Source: a virus. Taken from it: a DNA stretch of 64,000 nt. The stretch lies in the IMG/VR virus record IMGVR_UViG_3300027754_003435. One strand, written 5' to 3'. The position numbers and the translations under genes were made by a program. The notes under the pieces were generated by a model. That model made no database searches. It had not been told where the DNA came from and worked only from the letters and a program-made list of their open reading frames with translations. Numbering within the stretch: the stretch's first letter is position 1; every line of letters begins with the position of its first letter. Of the stretch, positions 51,108-60,289 are shown one piece after another.

Positions 51108-51842
51108 TTAGTTGTTAATAATGTCTTGTATATCATACCAAGACATATTTTCTATATTGTTTCCGTCTCTATATTCTTTATATAAACAAGAATAAATTAT
51201 TTTTATTTTGTTCATAACATTTGTTATATATTGAGACTCCACACCAGTTCTTTCACGAATTAAAATATAAATTGCTTTTTTATTATAATTTTCTATAGTA
51301 TCACGAGTTTTGAATAAATATAAAATCGTATCAGCAACCTGTATATCTCTATTTTTAGAGAATAGAAGTGGTAAATATTTTTCAACCACAGAAACAAATA
51401 AATTTATAAAATCATTTTTCTCTTCTATTAAATCCGTTCTTATTTTTTCGTTTATAATATTCCGCTCAGTATCAATATTAACCATGTCCTGACTTCTTTT
51501 GAAATGATAATAATTTTTATTGTTTTCTGCAATTAAATAATTCTTAGCAACTATAGAAAAATAGGAAAAAGCTTTACCACTTTCTGCTTTATATTTATTA
51601 ATTTTTTCATGTAAAAAAGTAACAACTTCGTGTTTAACATCTTCATGTGAAACATCAAAATTATAAAACTTGAATCTGTGTATCATAATCTCTGCAAGTT
51701 TATAAAATGCAGGATGAATCTTTTTGGTATAAATTATATTACGTTGTATATTATCATCCGTAGTATTGTACTCAACAATTGCGTCTTCCGTTTCTTGAGT
51801 AAAGTACATAGTTTGTTTTACTTTTGGTATAATCATACTCAA
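51108..51842 (-). CDS. T4 gp55-like late sigma factor
   Basis: YFTQETEDAIVEY...KLAE...FKFY...AFSYFSIVAKNYLI parallels the gp55 region-2 layout (RFNFSGY...HAYITQACFNAF). Confidence 0.65.
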   Translation of the reverse strand: MSMIIPKVKQTMYFTQETEDAIVEYNTTDDNIQRNIIYTKKIHPAFYKLAEIMIHRFKFYNFDVSHEDVKHEVVTFLHEKINKYKAESGKAFSYFSIVAKNYLIAENNKNYYHFKRSQDMVNIDTERNIINEKIRTDLIEEKNDFINLFVSVVEKYLPLLFSKNRDIQVADTILYLFKTRDTIENYNKKAIYILIRERTGVESQYITNVMNKIKIIYSCLYKEYRDGNNIENMSWYDIQDIINN

Positions 51843-52201
51843 TAATCCCTTTCAAATTTTGTATTAAATTTTTGTTTTTCAAGAATACTTGTTTTGTCAT
51901 CGCCCATAGGTTCTTCACCGAAATAAACTGTAATATCATTTACAATATCTTTCATTTCTTTAAAGAAATAGCCAGTTTCGTCGTCTGCTTCAAACGAACC
52001 AATTCTATCTAATTGTCTTAAATAAGATTGTTGAGATAGTATTCTAGTTTTCAATTCTATTAAAAATTTTTCATTTTTAAGTAATTCATCTACCGAATTT
52101 TCTGCCATCTCCTCCATCGTTTCAAATTTTTTTAAGAGATTCACATTTATGTAAATAGAAGCAATTAGTAATATAACGGTTATATAAAACAAAATAACCA
52201 T
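51839..52201 (-). CDS. Membrane-anchored hypothetical protein
   Basis: N-terminal TM then helical acidic region. Confidence 0.6.
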   Translation of the reverse strand: MVILFYITVILLIASIYINVNLLKKFETMEEMAENSVDELLKNEKFLIELKTRILSQQSYLRQLDRIGSFEADDETGYFFKEMKDIVNDITVYFGEEPMGDDKTSILEKQKFNTKFERDY

Positions 52202-52204
52202 AAC

Positions 52205-52861
52205 TTATCTCCTCGGATGTTTTGATTGAATAATTGTATCAATAACACCTAATTCCAATGCTTCTTTCGGTGAAATATAAAAATCTTTAATTGTAGTTGT
52301 TTTCCACCATTCAACGTCTTTTTTGGAATTTGTATGCATAATATCTAATAAAATGTCTTCTAACTTTTCCATATGCTGAACATTTGCCTTCATATCAGAC
52401 GATTTACCGTAAATATCGGAGGACATTTCGTGGAACATTATTGTACTGTTTTTAGATGCTGCACGAACACCTGTACCGGCACATAAAATAAGAGCAGCGG
52501 CTGACATTGCGCATCCACGTACAATTGTATTTACTTTAACATCTAAACTTTGAATGTAATCAATAATACCTAACGCTTCGTATACAGAACCGCCAGTTGA
52601 ATTAATAACAAGGTTAATTGGTTCATCTTTTTTACTTTCTTCTCTCATATGTAAAACTGCTCTAATCCGAGTAATTAAATCATAAAGAGTACCATCCATA
52701 ATTTCACCAAACAAAAGAACACTTGAAGCATTTACGTCTATACCATAATCCATTTGAGTAGTTGCTTCTTTCCATCGTAAAGGAATATCTTCTTCTTGCT
52801 TTGCATTTTTTTCAATTTTATTATTTTCTACACTAACTCCGTCATCATAAAAATCTTCCAT
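52205..52861 (-). CDS. clpP: ClpP-family serine protease
   Basis: INSTGGSV, AMSAAALIL (Ser), IMFHE (His), DFYISPKEALELGVID. Confidence 0.92.
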   Translation of the reverse strand: MEDFYDDGVSVENNKIEKNAKQEEDIPLRWKEATTQMDYGIDVNASSVLLFGEIMDGTLYDLITRIRAVLHMREESKKDEPINLVINSTGGSVYEALGIIDYIQSLDVKVNTIVRGCAMSAAALILCAGTGVRAASKNSTIMFHEMSSDIYGKSSDMKANVQHMEKLEDILLDIMHTNSKKDVEWWKTTTIKDFYISPKEALELGVIDTIIQSKHPRR

Positions 52862-52893
52862 ATAACTACTCCAGTATATATAATAATAATATT

Positions 52894-53922
52894 CTATAAA
52901 GAAATTCCTCTTCTATAAGATTGAATTGGAGGTTCTCCATAGAATACATGCTGTTCATCTTTATTAACTTCAAAGATACTCATTTTTTCCTCATTTTCCA
53001 AGTCTTTTTTTTCTATAACCGTATCTATATCAACTACTTCCGTTATTTCTTCAGTTGGAACAGTTTCTATTTTGGAAACGGTTATGGCATCTGTTATTTG
53101 GGATTCTACGTTTATCCGTTCTTTTTCTTTATGTCTTAAATGATTTGCAGCAATTATTAAAGAAACCGCCAATGGGTCAAACACAGAAACAAGAACAAGT
53201 ATAAACCAATTTGCAATTACGTCCATTGGTTTTCCTGTTAATCTACTCAAATAAAGTAATGGACCAATTTCAGAACTAAATGTTGAATTTTCCAATACTA
53301 ATTTATCTTGTTCTAATAAAGCAACCGAATCTGATAAATTAATTGATTTCTGATTTAATTGAGAAATTTCGCCATTGAGTGTTTGTGTGGATTGATCAAC
53401 TGATTGAATATTTTTTTGTAAACCGCGAGTTCCTTGCTTCTGAGTTAATTGGGAATTCAATGAGTTTTCTTGTGAAAGTCTCAGTCTATCGTATGAGGAA
53501 ATACGTTCAGTTTTTTGTTTAACCAATGTATCTATTTGTGTTTTTTGTTCCGTAAATATTTTTTTCTTTTGTTCAAGAAGAGCAATTTTATTTTGTGTTT
53601 CATAAATAGATTTTGCTGTTTCTTGATACGAGTTGGTAAGATAACCATATACACCAACAGAAGTTAATATCATTAGTACCGCTGCGGATGACATTAAATA
53701 AAACTTAAATAAAAGTTTAAGTGTTTTGAAGTGTTCATGTAAAAATGTTATAACAACTAACTTGGAAAATTCAAGCATTGTAGCCATTCCTATGATTGAC
53801 CATGAACCACCAGAAAATAATTTGGATATTCCGTATATAGAATAATATCCAGAAAAAGATGCTAAACCTATTGCACAAAACCAGATAAGTGTCTGTAATG
53901 ACAATAATTTGGATTTCATCAA
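52894..53922 (-). CDS. Multi-TM plus long coiled-coil membrane protein
   Basis: Three N-terminal hydrophobic helices, coiled coil, one C-terminal TM. Confidence 0.6.
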   Translation of the reverse strand: MMKSKLLSLQTLIWFCAIGLASFSGYYSIYGISKLFSGGSWSIIGMATMLEFSKLVVITFLHEHFKTLKLLFKFYLMSSAAVLMILTSVGVYGYLTNSYQETAKSIYETQNKIALLEQKKKIFTEQKTQIDTLVKQKTERISSYDRLRLSQENSLNSQLTQKQGTRGLQKNIQSVDQSTQTLNGEISQLNQKSINLSDSVALLEQDKLVLENSTFSSEIGPLLYLSRLTGKPMDVIANWFILVLVSVFDPLAVSLIIAANHLRHKEKERINVESQITDAITVSKIETVPTEEITEVVDIDTVIEKKDLENEEKMSIFEVNKDEQHVFYGEPPIQSYRRGISL

Positions 53923-53929
53923 ATTCTCA

Positions 53930-54718
53930 CTATGGTTCTAAATTTCTCATTAAACCAATAAGTTCTTCACTTATTGATAAATTTGTAAGATACGCAACAC
54001 CTTCTTTTTGCATAAGTTGTATTAATTTTTTACCAACTTGATTTTGCAATGGACTTTCCAATATACTTTTACCTTTTCTAAAAAGTTGAAGCATCAAATC
54101 AGAATATTCTTCTGAATCAGAACTGTATGATTTGTTATTATCAACTACATGAAAGTGTTGATTTCCAAAATAGCTTTGGAAAGCACCAATGTTATGTTGA
54201 ACTTCTTCCCATTTCTTTGCTACTATCATTGGTGGTACTTTTCTTGGACGCATTTGATTTCTTTGTTGAGCTATATCTAATGAAGTATTTACCATTACCA
54301 TGTCAACATCATATCCCAATGAATGTAACATACTTGAAACTCTCTGAATTTTAGGTAAATCTGCACCAGTTCCATCGATAAAAACAGGTAAACAACCGTT
54401 AACTATCTGAAAAAACTGATTTGAAGCCATTAATTTTGCTTTTTCTCTCTGAAACATCTGTGTAGAATATATATCAGAACCAGGGTCCATTATCAATGGA
54501 AGATTGTTTTTTTTCAATAAAAACTCGTAAAAAGTGTCAGAATTAACTACTTTTACCCCAAATGGACTGATTCCACCCGCTGTTGTACCTGTTAAAACCC
54601 CCAATACGAATCCTTTACCAGATCCAGGTCCACCGCCAAGAAACACTGCTTTGAATATGTTCTTGTCATGCACACTTTCTTTTAGTATACCTTCTATTAT
54701 TTTTTTTAGCTTAATCAT
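53930..54718 (-). CDS. Zeta-toxin/AAA_33-like P-loop kinase
   Basis: FLGGGPGSGKG, VVNSDTFYE, FIDGTG, VNTSLDIAQQRNQMRPR. Confidence 0.75.
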   Translation of the reverse strand: MIKLKKIIEGILKESVHDKNIFKAVFLGGGPGSGKGFVLGVLTGTTAGGISPFGVKVVNSDTFYEFLLKKNNLPLIMDPGSDIYSTQMFQREKAKLMASNQFFQIVNGCLPVFIDGTGADLPKIQRVSSMLHSLGYDVDMVMVNTSLDIAQQRNQMRPRKVPPMIVAKKWEEVQHNIGAFQSYFGNQHFHVVDNNKSYSSDSEEYSDLMLQLFRKGKSILESPLQNQVGKKLIQLMQKEGVAYLTNLSISEELIGLMRNLEP

Positions 54719-54763
54719 AGCTCTACCGATTGTTTTAGAATATTACGAATAAATATAAAAATT

Positions 54764-55654
54764 TTACTTTTTAATCATTTTTAGAAGTGTCAACTCTTTC
54801 TGTTTTGTCTCTAACATAACATCAATATCTAACCCATACGTGTTTGGTAATGTATGTATATAGTCTGAATGTGCTTGTGGTTTTATCTTATCGTCATTCT
54901 CATGAAGTGCTTTACTTTCTGAGTAGTGTACAACAGGTTTTACAGTACCCCACGTCGATGTGGCGAGTCTTAATGCATCTTCCTCTGATAAGTCACCCGT
55001 ACAGAATGTATGGTGGTGGTAATCGAATACAATAGGAATACCGATGGTGTTATGAATCTGCGTTAAGTCTTTAACGGAATACATACTTGCTTTATCATCG
55101 TTCTCTACTGTTAGTCTTAATTTAACAGAATCAGATAACATATCGAATTTACGGCAGAAGCGTTCCATAGTTGTTACTTTGTCACCGTATGTGCCGTTAC
55201 AATGTATGTTAATTTTGTTGAACGGTGTTTTAGATAAATTCATTAAATCAAATATTTTACCATGTGTTTCTAAATCAATAATAGTTCTTCTAACTACATC
55301 GTCATTTGGAGAACCTAACACATTGAATGGACCAGGATGGCAAGTGATACGTATATTGTTTTCTTGTACGAATTTACCGATACGTTGAAGTACAATACGG
55401 ATTAAATGAATTTGCGGTAAAGTTTCTAAGTCATACTCAGAAGCCCAAGGAAAAATATCAGATGAAACACGAAAGAAATAAATACCGTTCTTTACGTTCC
55501 ACTTGAGAATCTTTTCTAAATCAACAACATTTTTATATGCAAGTTCAGAAGCATAACTTACACCTTTAGTTAAAAAAGTTTTTTTAATCATAGAACGATT
55601 AGTGGTAATTTTTTCTTTACCCAATGTCATGTTAATACAAGCGTAGCCAAGCAT
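54764..55654 (-). CDS. uvsE: UV-damage endonuclease (UvsE/UVDE)
   Basis: LGYACIN, FFRVSSDIFP, RITCHPGPF, INIH, LTVENDD, IPIVFDYHHH, HYSES, HSDY, MLETKQKE. Confidence 0.95.
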   Translation of the reverse strand: MLGYACINMTLGKEKITTNRSMIKKTFLTKGVSYASELAYKNVVDLEKILKWNVKNGIYFFRVSSDIFPWASEYDLETLPQIHLIRIVLQRIGKFVQENNIRITCHPGPFNVLGSPNDDVVRRTIIDLETHGKIFDLMNLSKTPFNKINIHCNGTYGDKVTTMERFCRKFDMLSDSVKLRLTVENDDKASMYSVKDLTQIHNTIGIPIVFDYHHHTFCTGDLSEEDALRLATSTWGTVKPVVHYSESKALHENDDKIKPQAHSDYIHTLPNTYGLDIDVMLETKQKELTLLKMIKK

Positions 55655-55698
55655 AAAAAATCCGTATAAAGTTTTAATACAACAAGATACGGATTTTA
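55655..55698 (-). terminator. Hairpin with U-tract abutting the uvsE start codon
   Basis: AAAATCCGTAT-N19-ATACGGATTTT(TT) then ATG on the minus strand. Confidence 0.55.
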
Positions 55699-56067
55699 TT
55701 AGAATTTTGCTATTGCTAATATGGTTTGAATTTGTCTATCACCACTTGAATTAAATCTTGAGTCTGGAACTTTATCAGCAGTTTTCTTACTTAATACATT
55801 TATATTACTAATCCGATCAACCCTAAGTAATTTCCAACCAGGAATCTGTGTTGTTGTTTTTCCAGTTGTTTGCCATACTCGTAAATATTTTTTACCATTG
55901 GTTAACCCAAAACAAACAGGAATAATTCCAGTTCGCCAACCAGGTGAGTTTTCTCTATCACCCTTATAATAAAGTGCTAATATTTTTTTATCATTAACAG
56001 CATTAACCAAAACAGAATCTTGAGGAGCTGCTTCAGTAAGTAGTAATATTTCGGTTAAACTTATCAT
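55699..56067 (-). CDS. Stand-alone WYL-domain protein
   Basis: LYY...GWR...P...G....YLRVWQ...GWKLLRVDRISNI; start placed at ATG 56067. Confidence 0.7.
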   Translation of the reverse strand: MISLTEILLLTEAAPQDSVLVNAVNDKKILALYYKGDRENSPGWRTGIIPVCFGLTNGKKYLRVWQTTGKTTTQIPGWKLLRVDRISNINVLSKKTADKVPDSRFNSSGDRQIQTILAIAKF

Positions 56068-56155
56068 AACCATAAATATATAAAAATAAAAAACCCCCAA
56101 CCAAAGTTGGAGGTTATTTAGGGTATCATCCCTTTTCCCATTCCGTAGGAATTTT

Positions 56156-56707
56156 TTATGATTTTTTTCGTTCACATGGTAGTTGGCCAGTTAACTTCCA
56201 TTTATTAAAAATTACCAATTGTTCTTCAGTAAGTAAACCTTCAATCAAAGAAAGTGTTGTTTCATTGCATTTTTTCATATTAACTTGAAATGTAAGTTGT
56301 GTTTCTTTAGCAAGTTTACCATATTCTTTTCTAATGGATTCAACTTGCTGACGTACTAAGGAATCTTTTTCTAAACCTTTGTATTGAGCCAACTTTTCTG
56401 CTTGTTGTTTTCTCAATGATTCCATTGTTGTTTTTAATTTTAACTTACATTCTTTTTCACAAGTACGAGCTTCTGATAAAATAAATTTAATTTTATTCAT
56501 TTGCTCTTGTGAAAGATTCAAGCAAGGTAAAACTGCTTCTAACGGAACTCTTTTTTGCATTCCAATCGAATCTTTTTTTATTGAATCACGTAAATCAATC
56601 GGTGTTCTTTTTTCAAATGCAGTTGTATCTTCAACTTTTGTTAATTGTTCTTGACAACCAACAACCAATAATAAACTTAAAACCAAAATCTTCATATAGT
56701 TTTTCAT
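56156..56707 (-). CDS. Lipoprotein, Spy/CpxP (LTxxQ)-like
   Basis: Lipobox-like LVVG-C; LNLSQEQ and LLTEEQ motifs framing a helical region. Confidence 0.55.
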   Translation of the reverse strand: MKNYMKILVLSLLLVVGCQEQLTKVEDTTAFEKRTPIDLRDSIKKDSIGMQKRVPLEAVLPCLNLSQEQMNKIKFILSEARTCEKECKLKLKTTMESLRKQQAEKLAQYKGLEKDSLVRQQVESIRKEYGKLAKETQLTFQVNMKKCNETTLSLIEGLLTEEQLVIFNKWKLTGQLPCERKKS

Positions 56708-56730
56708 AACTACTTCCTTTAAATAAAAAA

Positions 56731-57354
56731 TTAAAAATCAATTGCTGGATTTCCACTCATACTACCTGAGTATGTACTCGTATGCACTAAACGAATTGCA
56801 AGTCCCATCCCAAATGGTGTATTTATCTTAACAACATTATCGTTTGACCAATATAAACGAGTTGCAACTGCCGCTGCTGCTGAAGCTGTTGTTGCTGTCC
56901 AAAAATTTGCACTCCAACCAAAATCGTATTGTTCTGCATTTTCTTTCATATAACCATTTGGATTTCCACAAAAGTTACTTTCATTACTACCATTACCAGA
57001 ACGTTTATTAAGAGTTGACCAATTAATATTATTTTTTAATAAATTACCGGCTGCTTGTTGACCACCTTCTGCAGTAATCAATGTGTTCCAATCACTTTCA
57101 GTTGGAACTCTAAATCCTGTTGGAGCAATTGCTGCATGTGAACCAGATACGGCATACCAATTATACAATTTTCCGTATTCTTCTTCCATACCTTCGTCGA
57201 AATCATAGTAACACCAACCAGGTGTACCATTTTGAGAATATGCTTCCCATTGTTCTGAACTAGAAACTTCTGCGATGGCTGTGCCATCTTGAAAAGATTC
57301 TACTGCAAGATTTTCTTTAAACCAATATTGTGAACCTATTTGAACAATAGCCAT
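56731..57354 (-). CDS. Fibrobacter succinogenes major paralogous (FISUMP) domain protein
   Basis: IGSQYWFKENL, YGKLYNWYAV, PTGFRVPTESDW, FWTAT. Confidence 0.9.
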   Translation of the reverse strand: MAIVQIGSQYWFKENLAVESFQDGTAIAEVSSSEQWEAYSQNGTPGWCYYDFDEGMEEEYGKLYNWYAVSGSHAAIAPTGFRVPTESDWNTLITAEGGQQAAGNLLKNNINWSTLNKRSGNGSNESNFCGNPNGYMKENAEQYDFGWSANFWTATTASAAAAVATRLYWSNDNVVKINTPFGMGLAIRLVHTSTYSGSMSGNPAIDF

Positions 57355-57428
57355 CAAATTCTCCTAACAATTTTAATAATCATGTATTATCTATAATAAA
57401 TATAAATATAACCGCAATAACCAAAAAA

Positions 57429-57692
57429 CTATTTTGTTCTTGTACTTCTTGTCTTTTTTGGTGGAGATGTAATTGTTTTTATATTATGATCTTTAGAAAG
57501 TTTTTTTACATTTTTTCTTTCTATTTCATCAGAATGATGAACTAATGCAGAAATAATTACTTTTTTATCAGTCAACTCTTCTAAAACAGAAATAAATTTA
57601 CTTCTATAATATAACCAAACACCAATAACCCCAACTAAAAATGGTATTACCGAATTAACGATAATCATTAAAATTGAATTTCCATCTAACAT
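57429..57692 (-). CDS. Small single-TM protein
   Basis: Hydrophobic N-terminal helix, basic C-terminus. Confidence 0.5.
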   Translation of the reverse strand: MLDGNSILMIIVNSVIPFLVGVIGVWLYYRSKFISVLEELTDKKVIISALVHHSDEIERKNVKKLSKDHNIKTITSPPKKTRSTRTK

Positions 57693-57697
57693 AACCT

Positions 57698-58234
57698 TTA
57701 CTCCGTAGTACGTATATAAAATATATAATTATTTTCTGAAATTTTTTTCACACACACATGATTATATAGTGATGTAAAATGTTGAAATAGATAAACCATA
57801 CTATATCTGTAAACAGGTGTTGGAAACTCTTTTATAGAAAAAACAACATTTTTTGAAAATTTAAAACATTCTCTTATTATAGTGTCTATAAATTGATATT
57901 GTCTTTCACTATACAATGGTTTATCAAAAATACCAGTTATTATAGACCAATCATATTGATTATAATCATTATTATCTATAAATTCTTGTATTGATTCTTG
58001 GACATAACTCCAATTGTGAGTTTTTTCTAATGGTTCATTATCTACAAATATATTATGAATATCATCACTAATATCAACTGCTGTGTACTCAATATCCAAT
58101 CCAAATTCATCAATTTTATTTATAAAGTTTAATTCTTTATCGCATGCTCCAAAATGAACCACTCTCTCATTTTGGCCAATTCCACAATAAATAATTTCAT
58201 CGGCTGTTCTAATTACGTTTGTTATTTGTTCCAT
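57698..58234 (-). CDS. Possible degenerate SAM-methyltransferase fold protein
   Basis: VVHFGACD, YTAVDIS, YDWSIITGIF. Confidence 0.45.
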   Translation of the reverse strand: MEQITNVIRTADEIIYCGIGQNERVVHFGACDKELNFINKIDEFGLDIEYTAVDISDDIHNIFVDNEPLEKTHNWSYVQESIQEFIDNNDYNQYDWSIITGIFDKPLYSERQYQFIDTIIRECFKFSKNVVFSIKEFPTPVYRYSMVYLFQHFTSLYNHVCVKKISENNYIFYIRTTE

Positions 58235-58863
58235 TTTAGCGCTTCCGAAATGTTAGGAAAATTTATAATAAATATGTCTTTAATGTCATTCGCAATAATT
58301 CTGTGTTCAAGTTGTGTATCTTCTGAACACCGTAGATCAAGATAGTGAATCCAACTACGAATAGAACCTTTCATATACATAGTTGTTTCAGTTGCTAGTG
58401 GAAGAACATCACGAGCAGTTTCTCGTGATACACCATCATCAATTAAGTATTGATATAGTTCTTTACTTTTTTCTAAATGGTTATCAACCATTTTACTTAA
58501 AGTAGAATCTAAAATAATTTCTTCTGAACTTTGTCTGTTTGTTTTTCCTTGTTTACGCAATTCAATTGGTTGAATGTCTGTTGCTGTTGAATATCTTTGA
58601 GAAAATTCTTGAAAAGAAAAACTACGGTGGCGTAAAATTTGAGCTGCAATACTTCTGCGAGTAACTATCGAAACTGTCATGTCTACCATTTCAAAAGGCG
58701 ACCAATGCTTATGCTTAATTAAATAACTTAGGAGTTTAGACGATGAATCCATATTCATCTGATTAGACGGATTACTAACTCTTGCACAATACGAAATCAA
58801 TTCTTCTGCCGTTGTTAACCCACTCATCGTTGGAAGAGTAATCGAAACTAATTTTACGGACAT
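58222..58863 (-). CDS. thyX: Flavin-dependent thymidylate synthase
   Basis: HWSPFE, AQILRHRSFSFQEFSQRY, ETARDVLP, HYLDLR. Confidence 0.97.
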   Translation of the reverse strand: MSVKLVSITLPTMSGLTTAEELISYCARVSNPSNQMNMDSSSKLLSYLIKHKHWSPFEMVDMTVSIVTRRSIAAQILRHRSFSFQEFSQRYSTATDIQPIELRKQGKTNRQSSEEIILDSTLSKMVDNHLEKSKELYQYLIDDGVSRETARDVLPLATETTMYMKGSIRSWIHYLDLRCSEDTQLEHRIIANDIKDIFIINFPNISEALKWNK

Positions 58864-58866
58864 AAC

Positions 58867-59328
58867 TTATTTTTTACCTTTATCCTTCTTTATTTTTATC
58901 AATTTTATATAAATACCACTAGTGTCTTCGGATATAATTACCGAGTGATTTCCTGTGTATAATACAAGTGTTAACCACTTTAAAAATTTATTTATATCTG
59001 TACTAATTGGATCACTTAAATTTTTATCATTTTCATTTTGTGTTTTTTTTTCATCAAATGAATCATAACTATCTTCTTCCGACCAATCTTCACTAAAATC
59101 TTCATCTTCATTATCATTATCATTATCAAATGGTGATGACTTTTCATCTTTTGTTTTTTGTTTTATTTTTTCTACAATATCCTGTAGAATTAAAGAATCA
59201 TATATTTGATTAAATCTATCAATAAATTTATTTTTTTCTTTGATTGATATTTTTTCATCAGTTACACTCTTTAAATCAATCTGAAAATAATTTAGCATAG
59301 ATTTAAGTTTACGTTCTTGCTTTGTCAT
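58867..59328 (-). CDS. Hypothetical protein with acidic tract
   Basis: ORF track. Confidence 0.55.
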   Translation of the reverse strand: MTKQERKLKSMLNYFQIDLKSVTDEKISIKEKNKFIDRFNQIYDSLILQDIVEKIKQKTKDEKSSPFDNDNDNEDEDFSEDWSEEDSYDSFDEKKTQNENDKNLSDPISTDINKFLKWLTLVLYTGNHSVIISEDTSGIYIKLIKIKKDKGKK

Positions 59329-59584
59329 TATTTTGCCTTTTTATAGTGTCAATAACTTCAACATATTCATAATTACCATGTTGTATTTGTACCATGGAAT
59401 ATCGTTTCAGTTCGTTACAAATTTTTTCGTTTGATCCATAATTACTTGCAATATTAAGCATTGTGTTTTTTAATGGACAATTTTGTTTAAATATAGTAAT
59501 TGGTGTTCTGGAAATAAACCACATACTTATAAAACCGATAATGAATGAAGTAACTAATTCCATTTTCATCTCCAATTTATACAA
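59309..59584 (-). CDS. Small membrane-anchored hypothetical protein
   Basis: N-terminal hydrophobic helix; real start may be ATG near 59566 (GGAG directly upstream). Confidence 0.5.
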   Translation of the reverse strand: MYKLEMKMELVTSFIIGFISMWFISRTPITIFKQNCPLKNTMLNIASNYGSNEKICNELKRYSMVQIQHGNYEYVEVIDTIKRQNNDKART

Positions 59585-59609
59585 AATTTCCTTTTCAATA
59601 AATAGAATA

Positions 59610-59660
59610 CAAACAAAAAAACGAGAGAAAAATGGTCGGTATATTTAATATCTCTCGTTT
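59610..59660 (-). terminator. Large-loop intrinsic terminator after the transglycosylase-like gene
   Basis: AAACGAGAGA-N22-TCTCTCGTTT followed by a T-run on the minus strand. Confidence 0.65.
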
Positions 59661-59675
59661 ATGTATAACTGAAGA

Positions 59676-60179
59676 TTATACTGAAATTCCTTTATTCTTT
59701 AATTCAGAACAAACTAATCTCGATACTTTCTTCCAATAGTGTTTGGTAGCCCCTTTTTTGTGTCCATGTGGACCACCGTTCCACTTTCTCGCTAATATCT
59801 CCATTTCGGTCATCGTAATGGTTTCCCAGTTAAGTTTGGGATTGTAGAAATTCTGATAAATCCAAAACATTTGTTCAGACTTATCAGGATTTAACCTGTC
59901 TTGTAAAGCAAATTGTTTATGTATTCCCTTTGCTTTACAGATACGATTCACTTCCTTTACCATTATTGGTAAAATTTGAACTATTCCAAGTGAACCATCC
60001 TTTGATCGTGCGGTTGCATTGCCCTTAGACTCAACCCAAACGATAGATGAATATAACACATTCTTAACTATTGCTGACTTAATCTCAGCGTTTTTGTTTA
60101 CTACAGAAGTCATAGTTACTATAGGTAAACAAAAAATAATAAAGAACGATGTTATAACCCGTTTACATTTGTTAGTCAT
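59676..60179 (-). CDS. Lytic transglycosylase/lysozyme-like protein with N-terminal signal anchor
   Basis: IVWVESKG (catalytic Glu), GIVQI, ARKWNGGP. Confidence 0.7.
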   Translation of the reverse strand: MTNKCKRVITSFFIIFCLPIVTMTSVVNKNAEIKSAIVKNVLYSSIVWVESKGNATARSKDGSLGIVQILPIMVKEVNRICKAKGIHKQFALQDRLNPDKSEQMFWIYQNFYNPKLNWETITMTEMEILARKWNGGPHGHKKGATKHYWKKVSRLVCSELKNKGISV

Positions 60180-60289
60180 AATTTATGTCCTCATTTATGG
60201 ATAATATATTTAACTGACCATTTCGTTGAAGTCAACGTTATGGTTAAAACATATACCGACCATATTTTTCTATGTAAAAGAACGATGTA

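Noticed and set aside
55699-56175. Long N-terminal extensions given by the ORF track (also 3683-4309, 7169-7654, 50711-51136, 61383-61859, 63226-63576)
   Set aside because: Extensions overlap neighbouring genes or promoters; downstream ATGs have better RBS or promoter context
56731-57354. FISUMP domain as a DGR target
   Set aside because: No second copy of its 3' end and no RT in this window; cannot be excluded genome-wide
428-57408. TATAAATA as genuine T4-type late promoters firing antisense on the plus strand
   Set aside because: They cluster at 5' ends of minus-strand genes and would point away from them; a sense-strand TATTTAT(A/T) element is more parsimonious, though unproven
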